From positions 2,227 to 66,226 of the forward strand of contig CAZHTG010000011.1 in the NCBI GenBank assembly GCA_964535795.1: 64,000 nucleotides of DNA, read 5' to 3'. A program made the translations under genes and the position numbers. This stretch comes from an uncultured Rikenella sp. Its GTDB lineage: Bacteria > Bacteroidota > Bacteroidia > Bacteroidales > VadinHA17. Below the pieces are notes generated by a model, which made no database searches, had not been told where the DNA came from, and saw only the letters and a program-made list of their open reading frames with translations. Every line of letters starts with the position of its first letter. Position 1 is the stretch's first letter. Positions 56,697-64,000 of this stretch are shown here, in pieces.

Positions 56697-58546
56697 TGAG
56701 GCGAACATGGCTCATATATATCTTGCTTACCGCGCTGACATCGATTCACATCTCCGCACAGGAGGTTATTACCGGTATTTCACATAACATTCAGCTGGCC
56801 GGCGCCACAACCAGGCCCCTGCTAAAGGGAGCTGCTGCAGAAGAGCCGGTACAGCTCCCATTCATTGATGACTTCTCTGCGGACAGCCTCTTCCCCTCAA
56901 CTGACAGGTGGAGCGACATACAGGCATTCATCAACAACACCTTTTCGGTCAGACAGCCGTCACAGGGTGTGGCCACCCTTGACTGCCTCGATGAACGGGG
57001 CCTGCTTTACGACGGGGCATCACAGCTGGTCTTTGCCGCTGACCGCCTCACCTCACGAGCCATCAGCCTGGAATACCTGCCCTCTGACAGCATCTGGCTC
57101 AGCTTCATGTATGAGGCCGGCGGCATTGCTGACATGCCTGAGAGCGACGACAGCCTGACACTCAGCTTCTGGGCTCCCGGAGAAGAGAGATGGTACAGCA
57201 TATGGCACGCCGCAGGCGGCCCGACGGACGGATTCCGGCACGTTATGATCCCCGTAAAGGATAGCAGGTTCATGGCGAACGGTTTCAGGTTCATGTTCAT
57301 GAACCATGCCTCGCTGGCCGGAGCAGTTGTTGAACCCTCACAGGCAGGGAACGCCGACCAGTGGAATATTGACCATGTCTTCCTTGACAAAGGACGAAGA
57401 TATGATGACACGGTACTGCATGATGTAGCCCTGACGCTTCCGCAGAGATCACTGCTGAAGGAATACGAGGCCATGCCCTGGCGACACTTCAGACAGGCAT
57501 ACCTCTCTGCCATGAGCCCCACGGCACCCATCAATTACCGTAATAATGACACCATCGTAAGAAATGTCACAAGACAGGTATCCATTAAAAACACGGTCAC
57601 CGGTGCAGTGGTGCGCGACTTCAATGCCGGGGCATCCAACGTCAGCCCTCTGTCAGATGTGAAGTATGATGCACCGCTACTTTATACATATGACTCCGAC
57701 GCCACCGACTCGGCTCTCTTCGAGGTCACCGTCTCACTCATCACGGATGACTTCGACCCGAAACAAAATGACACTTTAAGGTTCATGCAGCGCTTCACCG
57801 ACTATTTTGCCATTGACGACGGCACAGCAGAGGCCGGGTATGGCATCAACGGTCAGGGCTCACGAAACGCCATGGCGGCACTGCGGTTCAGATCGTTCAT
57901 CGCTGATTCGGTAACCGCCATCAGCATCTGTTTCAATGATGCCTTTAATAATCAGAACCAGCGGGGGTTTGAGATCATGGTCTGGGCTGATGACAACGGC
58001 CAGCCGGGAGTGCTTCTCGGCAGCACTGACGGTCCGGTGGCAGATCCGGGCACAAACCTGAACGGCTTCATAACATATTCATTTACAAAACCTGTCAGGG
58101 TGACAGATTACTTCTGGATAGGCTGGAGACAGGATGCAGAGGTCTTCATCAACGCAGGCCTCGACATGAATACCCATCCCGCAGGAAGACAGTACTACAT
58201 GCTCAGCGGATACTGGCAGGCCAGCCTGGCGACAGGGACAATCATGATGCGCCCGGTGATGAAAGGAAGCGGCACGCCTACATCATCTGATGGAGGAACG
58301 CTTGTAAACGATCTCTTCCATCTCTTCCCCAACCCCTCATCGGGCGAGGTGACACTGGTGCCATCCGACGGAGCCCCTGACGATTTTATCATTGACGTTG
58401 TCTCATCATCAGGAGCAATGGTGATGTCACTTGACCGCACCGACCGGCCTGATCTTCGGAGGCTGTCACCGGGCAATTATATGCTGCTTATCAGGACCCG
58501 TGACGGGAGGCCAGTCTCCCTTCTGAGGGTAATAATATTTAAATAA
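56696..58546 (+). CDS. Secreted hypothetical protein with a T9SS type-A C-terminal sorting domain.
   Basis: Signal peptide. The C-terminus is LFHLFPNPSSGEVTLV...LSPGNYMLLIRTRDGRPVSLLRVIIFK. The start ATG overlaps the PASTA stop (TGATG). Confidence 0.7.
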   Translation: MRRTWLIYILLTALTSIHISAQEVITGISHNIQLAGATTRPLLKGAAAEEPVQLPFIDDFSADSLFPSTDRWSDIQAFINNTFSVRQPSQGVATLDCLDERGLLYDGASQLVFAADRLTSRAISLEYLPSDSIWLSFMYEAGGIADMPESDDSLTLSFWAPGEERWYSIWHAAGGPTDGFRHVMIPVKDSRFMANGFRFMFMNHASLAGAVVEPSQAGNADQWNIDHVFLDKGRRYDDTVLHDVALTLPQRSLLKEYEAMPWRHFRQAYLSAMSPTAPINYRNNDTIVRNVTRQVSIKNTVTGAVVRDFNAGASNVSPLSDVKYDAPLLYTYDSDATDSALFEVTVSLITDDFDPKQNDTLRFMQRFTDYFAIDDGTAEAGYGINGQGSRNAMAALRFRSFIADSVTAISICFNDAFNNQNQRGFEIMVWADDNGQPGVLLGSTDGPVADPGTNLNGFITYSFTKPVRVTDYFWIGWRQDAEVFINAGLDMNTHPAGRQYYMLSGYWQASLATGTIMMRPVMKGSGTPTSSDGGTLVNDLFHLFPNPSSGEVTLVPSDGAPDDFIIDVVSSSGAMVMSLDRTDRPDLRRLSPGNYMLLIRTRDGRPVSLLRVIIFK

Positions 58547-58557
58547 CGGAAACCGAA

Positions 58558-59589
58558 ATGGCTGAAGAGGAACTGCCTGACCTGCAGGAGCAGGAGCTCT
58601 ATGAGCACTATCGCTATGTAGTCGACCCTGGTCAGTCGATGCTCCGCATAGACAAGTATCTTGCGGCACGCATTGAGAATGTGTCACGCACACGCGTGCA
58701 GGCAGCAGCACAGGCCGGAAACATACTGGTGAATGAAACACCGGTAAAACCCAACTACCGGGTCAAGCCCCTGGATGTCATCCAGATACTTCTTCCAAAC
58801 CCCCCGCGTGAGATAGAACTCATTCCGCAGGATATCCCGGTAAGCGTCATCTACGAAGACGATGACCTGATCGTCGTTGATAAGGCCGCCGGCATGGTAG
58901 TGCATCCTGCCTATGGCAATTATTCAGGCACGCTGATGAATGCGCTGATGTACCATTTCAGGGACCTTCCTCTCTTCCAGTCGGGCGAACTAAGGCCGGG
59001 GCTGGTGCACCGCATTGACAAGAACACCTCCGGGCTGCTTGTCGTCGCCAAGAACGAGTATGCCCACAACAGGCTCGCCAGGCAGTTCTTCAACCGCACC
59101 ACTGGCCGGCGATACCTGGCACTGGTATGGGGCACACCTGACCCCGCTGAAGGCACTGTCACAGGCCATGTGGGACGCAACCTGCGAGACCGTAAGATAA
59201 TGCAGGTCTTCCCCGACAGCAGCCAGGGGAAGCATGCGGTGACGCACTATAAGGTTGTGGAGCAGCTCGGTTATGTGTCGCTCCTGGAGTGCCGCCTGGA
59301 GACGGGGCGCACCCACCAGATAAGGGTGCATATGGCATGGTTCGGTCATCCGCTCTTCAATGACGAGGAGTATGGCGGCCACCGTATCCTTAAAGGCACA
59401 ACCTTCACCAAATACCAGCAGTTCGTCCGCAACTGCTTCGAGCTCATCCCGCGCCAGGCACTTCATGCGCAGACCCTGGCCTTTGATCACCCGGTCACCG
59501 GTAAGCGGCTCTCGTTTGAATCTCCCCTTCCACCTGACATGGAAGCGGTTCTGGCTAAGTGGAGGGGTTATACTGCCGGGAGAGACTGA
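58558..59589 (+). CDS. rluD: RluA/RluD-family 23S rRNA pseudouridine synthase.
   Basis: S4 domain at the N-terminus. Catalytic motif HRIDKNTSGLLVVAK, then HQIRVHM. Confidence 0.85.
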   Translation: MAEEELPDLQEQELYEHYRYVVDPGQSMLRIDKYLAARIENVSRTRVQAAAQAGNILVNETPVKPNYRVKPLDVIQILLPNPPREIELIPQDIPVSVIYEDDDLIVVDKAAGMVVHPAYGNYSGTLMNALMYHFRDLPLFQSGELRPGLVHRIDKNTSGLLVVAKNEYAHNRLARQFFNRTTGRRYLALVWGTPDPAEGTVTGHVGRNLRDRKIMQVFPDSSQGKHAVTHYKVVEQLGYVSLLECRLETGRTHQIRVHMAWFGHPLFNDEEYGGHRILKGTTFTKYQQFVRNCFELIPRQALHAQTLAFDHPVTGKRLSFESPLPPDMEAVLAKWRGYTAGRD

Positions 59590-59595
59590 TTAATA

Positions 59596-59724
59596 AGGCA
59601 GTAGGCAATAGGCAATAGTGGAGGAGATTAGTCGGCAATAATGGTCGATACGCCGTAGGCGTTAAAGTATTGTAGCCTGAGACCATAGATAATCTATTGC
59701 TCGTAGAGCATTAAGTATTGTAGA
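59596..59724. repeat. Mosaic intergenic repeat, left copy. Word order: heptamer array, GAGGAG word, GCCGTAGGC palindrome, two AAGTATTGTAG words.
   Basis: aggcagtaggcaataggcaatag (59596-59618) is the exact reverse complement of 62851-62873. cattaagtattgtaga (59709-59724) is the exact reverse complement of 62809-62824. The word order is colinear with the inverted right copy. Confidence 0.8.
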
Positions 59725-59749
59725 CCCTCAGACGAAGCACAGCGACCAC

Positions 59750-60556
59750 CTACCAGGAGCCTCCCGCTCCCCCGCCACCAAAGCCGCCACCGCCAAAGCC
59801 GCCGAACCCGCCGCCGCCTCTGCTGCCACCTCCGGAGAATCCGCCCCAGCTGCCGCCATGAGACCGCCCGCCACCCATCATGCTTAACAGGAGCCACAGT
59901 GGCAGGTTGCTTGAACCGCCCTTCTTCAGGTGCTTGTTGTTTGAGCTGCCGGCAGAGATAATCACAATAAAGACGATGATAAGGATAAATATGATTATAC
60001 CCGGTACTGCGGCTGAGGAAGCATCTTTTGAATAGTCCTGGAATGAGTATTCACCGGCAGCCAGGGCCATGAGCACATCAGTCCCGGCATCAAGCCCGCT
60101 GTAATAATCGTTCTCACGAAACCTCGGAAGGATCTCCCTGTCAATGATATCGGCGCATGCAATATCAGGAATGGCCCCTTCAAGGCCGTAACCCGTGGCA
60201 ATGAAGATCTGCCCGGAGGAACTCTCCGTCTTGGTTTTCACAAGTATGAGCACCCCGTTGTTGAAGTCGCCCTGCCCTACTCCCCAATCCTTCGCCACCC
60301 TGTATGCGAAATCCGACCGGTCATACCCTTGAAGATCATTTACAATAACCACGGCAATCTGGTTGGATGTTGTATCATCGAATGCAACCAGCTTGCTTTC
60401 AAGCGACTGCGCTTCAGAGGCAGAGAGGACGCCTGCATAGTCATTCACCAGGCGTGGCGGTTCAGGCCTGGTAAGGAGGGTCTGCGCTTCCAGGCTGAGT
60501 GTGAGGAGAAGGAACAAAAACAGGCATAAAACAGATCTCATCTTATTCATTTTCAT
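59750..60556 (-). CDS. TPM-domain (YgcG-like) membrane protein with a Gly-rich C-terminal tail.
   Basis: Signal peptide. TPM motifs (LVNDYAGVLS...QIAVVIVNDL), a TM segment, and the tail GGFGGFGGGGFGGGGAGGSW. Confidence 0.75.
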   Translation of the reverse strand: MKMNKMRSVLCLFLFLLLTLSLEAQTLLTRPEPPRLVNDYAGVLSASEAQSLESKLVAFDDTTSNQIAVVIVNDLQGYDRSDFAYRVAKDWGVGQGDFNNGVLILVKTKTESSSGQIFIATGYGLEGAIPDIACADIIDREILPRFRENDYYSGLDAGTDVLMALAAGEYSFQDYSKDASSAAVPGIIIFILIIVFIVIISAGSSNNKHLKKGGSSNLPLWLLLSMMGGGRSHGGSWGGFSGGGSRGGGGFGGFGGGGFGGGGAGGSW

Positions 60557-61008
60557 ACCCCCGGTTCATTAATGTCAAATGAGATGGTGTCAGTGAGCTC
60601 GTTTATGTCGTCCTTGGCATGAGGAAAGTGCTCCTTCAGCTGTTCACCGGCCATGATTATACCCTCGGTGAGGCCCTCAGCGAAGAGGTTCTCACTGAAC
60701 CGCTGCTTCATATGATCGCGTATGTTGTCCCAGAACCCGAGGGGCACCACGGCATTGATCCCTGTATCTCCGATGATAGCAAACTTGCGTTCCTTCAGCG
60801 CAAGGTAGATGAGCACCCCGTTGCGGTCGGCAGTCCTGTGCATGCCCAGATTCCTGAACAGCCATGCAGCCTCATCGAGCACATCTCCTTTGCATGATGT
60901 CTCAATATGCACGCGGATCTCTCCCGAAGTGGCGTGCTCGGCCTCACCTATGGCCCTGGTAATAGCCTCCTGCTGTTCGCGGGTAAAAAATGTTGAAGCT
61001 TTCATCAC
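60553..61008 (-). CDS. TPM-domain protein (TLP18.3/Psb32/MOLO-1 phosphatase-like fold).
   Basis: 151 aa, with SGEIRVHIE...NGVLIYLALKERKFAIIGDTGI. ATGA overlap with the downstream TPM gene. Confidence 0.7.
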   Translation of the reverse strand: MMKASTFFTREQQEAITRAIGEAEHATSGEIRVHIETSCKGDVLDEAAWLFRNLGMHRTADRNGVLIYLALKERKFAIIGDTGINAVVPLGFWDNIRDHMKQRFSENLFAEGLTEGIIMAGEQLKEHFPHAKDDINELTDTISFDINEPGV

Positions 61009-61016
61009 AATGATCC

Positions 61017-61619
61017 TCAGAACTCAACCTGCGGCGCCACATCGGTACCTTCACGGGCTTCAAAATATGGCCTGTCGTTGAATTTTGTGATGGAGGCGAT
61101 CATGTTGTTGGGGAACTTTTTGATGAAGGTGTTGTACTCCCTGGCAGCATCGTTGAAGTTGTTCCTGGCAACGGCAATACGGTTTTCAGTGCCTTCAAGC
61201 TCAACCTGCAGGTCACGGAAGTTCTGGGTGGCCTTTAGCTCGGGATACCGCTCCACAACAACCATCAGGCGGGCGAGGGCAGAGCTGACTTCGCCCTGGG
61301 CAGCCTGGAAATCCTGCATTTGTTCGGGAGTGATGTTCGAGGGGTCTATGGTCACCTGCGTGGCCTTTGCCCTTGCCTCAATGACCCTTGTCAGTGTCTC
61401 CTGCTCAAAGGCAGCAGCCCCCTTGACGGTATTTACAAAATTCGGAATGAGATCGGCTCTCCTCTGATACTGGGTCTCTACATTGCTCCACTCTGTGGCC
61501 ACCTTTTCATTCATCGGGACGATCTTGTTGTAGATCCCTACACCCCATGAAATAAACAGTAAAAGGGCAACAAGTACAATCACGACTGTCACAATTCTGC
61601 TAACAGGTTTCTTTTCCAT
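61017..61619 (-). CDS. lemA: LemA-family membrane protein.
   Basis: N-terminal TM segment, then YNKIV..NEKV...WSNVE.QYQRRADLIPN.V and ENRI..AR..FN. Confidence 0.85.
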   Translation of the reverse strand: MEKKPVSRIVTVVIVLVALLLFISWGVGIYNKIVPMNEKVATEWSNVETQYQRRADLIPNFVNTVKGAAAFEQETLTRVIEARAKATQVTIDPSNITPEQMQDFQAAQGEVSSALARLMVVVERYPELKATQNFRDLQVELEGTENRIAVARNNFNDAAREYNTFIKKFPNNMIASITKFNDRPYFEAREGTDVAPQVEF

Positions 61620-61647
61620 TTTCCGTTTGATAATTTTGATTCAGCGT

Positions 61648-61655
61648 CAAATTTA
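61648..61655 (-). promoter_or_regulatory. Candidate -7 box (TAaaTTTG on the minus strand) for the lemA operon.
   Basis: Plus-strand caaattta lies 29 nt upstream of the start at 61619. Confidence 0.4.
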
Positions 61656-61752
61656 AATAAAAAACCGTCTCGGTGACACAGCAGTTAACTCCCAGCCCGT
61701 GGTTTGTCAGCAGGTTTTTTTTATTTGCATCTTCGCGCGAAATTAAATAGTG

Positions 61753-61760
61753 TAATTTTG
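61753..61760 (+). promoter_or_regulatory. Candidate -7 box (TAatTTTG) for ddl.
   Basis: taattttg lies 19 nt upstream of ATG 61779. Confidence 0.4.
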
Positions 61761-61778
61761 GGGCAAAATTGCAGAGTA

Positions 61779-62747
61779 ATGAGGACCATTGCCATTGTTG
61801 CAGGAGGAAATTCATCCGAATACCCGGTTTCAGTCCGCAGCGCCCGGGGCGTTGCCAGGGCACTGGAAGGGAAATATGAGACATACATAATCACAATCAA
61901 GGGTACCGATTGGTTCTGGGAGGATCCCAAAGGCCGTGTTTTCAGGGTAGACAAGAATGACTTCACCCTGGTGCTTGATGATCAGCGTATCAGGTTTGAT
62001 GCAGCCTTTATCTCCATTCACGGCGATCCGGGAGAAAACGGTCCGCTGCAGGGCTATTTTGATATGACAGGGATACCCTATACAAGCTGCAATGCCTTCG
62101 TCTCTGCACTGACATTCAACAAGCAGGCCTGCAAGCTCTACCTGAACGAGTATGGAATACCCATGACGGGCGGACTGCTTATAAGGAAGGGACAGCAGTA
62201 TGATGCTGTCAAGATATTAAGGCAGACGGGCCTCCCCTGCTTCGTGAAACCCAACGCCAGCGGATCAAGCTTCGGGGTTACCAAGGTCAAGGAAGCGGGC
62301 GAGTTCAACGAGGCCCTTGAAAAGGCTTTCGCCGAGGGGGATGAGGTGCTGGTGGAGTCTTTCATGAAAGGAACTGAAGTGGCCTGCGGAGTGGTTAAGA
62401 CGAAACAGAGAAAGATTGTCATGCCCGTCACGGAGATAGTTCCCAAGAAGGAGTTCTTTGACTATGAGGCAAAATATACCGATGGTTTTTCTGAAGAGAT
62501 AACGCCGGCGAGGTTGCCGGAGGAGGTGACTGCACGCATACAGGAGCTCTCGTCGGAGATCTATGACATCCTCAGCTGCCGGGGTATTGTCAGGGTCGAT
62601 TTCATTGTCACCGAAGAGGGCCCCCAGTTCCTGGAGATAAACACCATCCCCGGCATGACGGAGGAAAGCATAATCCCCAGACAGGCAGCGGTGTCCGGCA
62701 TCTCGCAGACTGACCTCTACTCAATGGTCATCGAGGATCTGTTCTGA
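61779..62747 (+). CDS. ddl: D-alanine--D-alanine ligase.
   Basis: The likely start is MRTIAIVAGGNSSEYPVS (track ORF from 61704). ATP-grasp motifs FVKPNASGSSFGVTKV and FLEINTIPGMT. Confidence 0.9.
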   Translation: MRTIAIVAGGNSSEYPVSVRSARGVARALEGKYETYIITIKGTDWFWEDPKGRVFRVDKNDFTLVLDDQRIRFDAAFISIHGDPGENGPLQGYFDMTGIPYTSCNAFVSALTFNKQACKLYLNEYGIPMTGGLLIRKGQQYDAVKILRQTGLPCFVKPNASGSSFGVTKVKEAGEFNEALEKAFAEGDEVLVESFMKGTEVACGVVKTKQRKIVMPVTEIVPKKEFFDYEAKYTDGFSEEITPARLPEEVTARIQELSSEIYDILSCRGIVRVDFIVTEEGPQFLEINTIPGMTEESIIPRQAAVSGISQTDLYSMVIEDLF

Positions 62748-62769
62748 TACACTATAGCAGACAAAACTA

Positions 62770-62876
62770 TATGCCCTACAGGCAAAAGATGGCATTGTAA
62801 CACCTTGTTCTACAATACTTAATGGCCTACGGCCAATTCCTCACTACTGCCTATTGCCTATTGCCTACTGCCTGAA
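62770..62876. repeat. Mosaic intergenic repeat, right copy (inverted relative to 59596-59724). Its heptamer array has 4 units and overlaps the otsAB stop codon.
   Basis: ctactgc ctattgc ctattgc ctactgc at 62844-62871, ggcctacggcc at 62824-62834, and tctacaatacttaatg at 62809-62824. Confidence 0.8.
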
Positions 62877-64000
62877 TTCTCCTTCGCCTCCACCAGCCGG
62901 GTAATAAACGCCGTTACCTCGGGCTGTTTTGAGAAATTATATTGTGCACGCGTGGGACCCTTCCCCACCTTGAGGGAGACGGCATTGTCAGGCAACGCTC
63001 CGAAAAGCTCCTCATCGGTCTTGTCATCACCGATGGCAAGAATGAAATCATTCTTGCCCGATGCTGTCAGTTTCTTTGCTGCAGAACCCTTGTTATAGCC
63101 TGACATCTTCACCTCAACCACCTTATGCCCGTCAATGACTTGCAGCGGCATGTTAATTATTGACTCCTCAAGTTCATTTTTCAGCTCTATGGCCCTGAGG
63201 GCAGACAGATCCGGGTCAGCATTGCGGTAATGCCATGAGAGGGAAGCCCTCTTCTCCTCAACAAAGGAACCCTTGCATCTGGTGGTGAACCGGCTGAGAA
63301 GGGGAAGGATCCTCTCTTTCCATGAGTCATCCTGTTCAAGAGACGACTCCCACTCCCCGTCAGGGTACCGTATAAAGGCCCCGTGCTCCGCTACAAGAGT
63401 CAGGTTAAGGTTGGAAAACCACTTGTCAAGAAAATCCCTTCTGCGACCGCTTATGATTACAACATCAGTCTTCGCTGCCAGCCTCTCGGTAAGAGCTATC
63501 AACATCATGTCAGGTATGGCCATTTCGGGCAACTCCCTTATCGGCACAAGCGTGCCGTCGTAATCAAGGAAGAGTAACGGCGCTTCCGCCTTGCAGAATG
63601 ACTCTATTATCCCGTTTTCTATTTCCCGATTGATAAGCCTGACCCTGAAACTCTGCCTGTCAGTCTTTACCTTGATTGTTGTCCTGAGGATGTCATCGGC
63701 CCATGAAAATACGTCATAATCGTGAAGCCGCTTTTTCATGGCTTCAATGCGGACTTTCTTTTCTTCACTCTTCATTGTGAGGGCCTGGTATATGGCGTCA
63801 GCCACCTGCGATATGTCGGACGGATTGACCAGTATCGATTCGCTCATTTCCGCAGCCGCTCCTGCCAGCTCGCTGAGAATTAGCATACCGTAATGCTGGT
63901 GCTGTGCTGCAACATATTCCTTGGCCACCAGGTTCATGCCGTCACGCAGAGGGGTCAGCAGTCCTACATCACTGTGCGAGTACAGAGCTATCAGCTCATT
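62858..64000 (-). CDS. otsAB: Bifunctional trehalose-6-phosphate synthase/phosphatase (OtsA-OtsB fusion); the 5' part lies outside the window.
   Basis: The frame is open to the window edge. GT20 C-terminal motifs (NLVAKEYVA...LILSELAGAA) are followed by the HAD phosphatase motif I LFLDYDGTLVP and GDDKTDEELF. Confidence 0.85.
   Translation of the reverse strand, partial: NELIALYSHSDVGLLTPLRDGMNLVAKEYVAAQHQHYGMLILSELAGAAAEMSESILVNPSDISQVADAIYQALTMKSEEKKVRIEAMKKRLHDYDVFSWADDILRTTIKVKTDRQSFRVRLINREIENGIIESFCKAEAPLLFLDYDGTLVPIRELPEMAIPDMMLIALTERLAAKTDVVIISGRRRDFLDKWFSNLNLTLVAEHGAFIRYPDGEWESSLEQDDSWKERILPLLSRFTTRCKGSFVEEKRASLSWHYRNADPDLSALRAIELKNELEESIINMPLQVIDGHKVVEVKMSGYNKGSAAKKLTASGKNDFILAIGDDKTDEELFGALPDNAVSLKVGKGPTRAQYNFSKQPEVTAFITRLVEAKENSGSRQ

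Noticed and set aside
59753-59880. GC-rich repetitive DNA (gccgccacc/aaagccgcc).
   Set aside because: It is the coding sequence of the Gly-rich C-terminal tail of the TPM protein (GGFGG repeats), a common feature of YgcG-like proteins. It is not a non-coding repeat.
61659-61733. Possible structured leader or terminator between lemA and ddl (aaaaaacc ... ggtttttttt, with ggtgacacagcag and ggtttgtcagcag inside).
   Set aside because: The internal segments are direct rather than inverted repeats. Only about 5-6 bp of pairing could be drawn by hand, which is too weak to call without a folding calculation.
59596-62873. Inverted repeats flanking 3.1 kb, interpreted as a transposon or invertible promoter switch.
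   Set aside because: No transposase, integrase or invertase lies inside or nearby, and the cargo includes the essential ddl gene. The repeats share words with four other intergenic sites in this window, so they belong to a dispersed repeat family rather than to a mobile element's terminal repeats. Passive recombination or inversion remains possible and is listed as a finding.

Overview
This is a 64-kb chromosomal segment from a Bacteroidota genome. The phylum call rests on a SusC/SusD pair, a T9SS C-terminal sorting domain, a GldB-like lipoprotein, DUF1573 and DUF5686-type proteins, and TAnnTTTG -7 promoter boxes upstream of many genes. Positions 1-13611 form one minus-strand polysaccharide utilisation locus (PUL): susC-like, susD-like, a LamG lipoprotein, an internal terminator, two tandem GH144-like lipoproteins, a 1063-aa discoidin/(alpha/alpha)6 protein, and a GPH symporter that runs off the left edge. 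The remaining 50 kb is tightly packed, mostly housekeeping. It encodes an S9 peptidase, an aldo/keto reductase, crtI-crtB, a YfcC transporter, a HerA-like ATPase, a TlpA-like thioredoxin, MeaB, nadE, a Crp/Fnr regulator, a MurF-Alr fusion, tdk, rsmI, dnaB and ispE. It also encodes an acyl-CoA carboxyltransferase with a biotin carrier, lptF/G, tgt, a GT2, an ECF-type sigma factor, rsmG, rpmH, an Mqn radical-SAM enzyme, a PASTA protein, rluD, LemA-TPM-TPM, ddl, and a partial OtsA-OtsB fusion at the right edge. Two real genes fall below the ORF-track cutoff: a 55-aa 2x[4Fe-4S] ferredoxin and ribosomal protein L34. I saw no rRNA, tRNA, CRISPR array, integrase, transposase or recognisable defence gene. 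I did not find a convincing complete novel multi-gene system. The most unusual signals are four. (1) A mosaic, heptamer-periodic intergenic repeat family, of which two inverted copies bracket the lemA-TPM-TPM-ddl block and one supplies the stop codon of otsAB. (2) A degenerate 43-bp tandem array in a divergent promoter region. (3) The GH144-type PUL with an unassigned 1063-aa enzyme and no linked regulator. (4) A 1090-aa PD40-repeat protein with an Omp85-like C-terminal barrel. All family assignments come from reading motifs by eye, not from searches.
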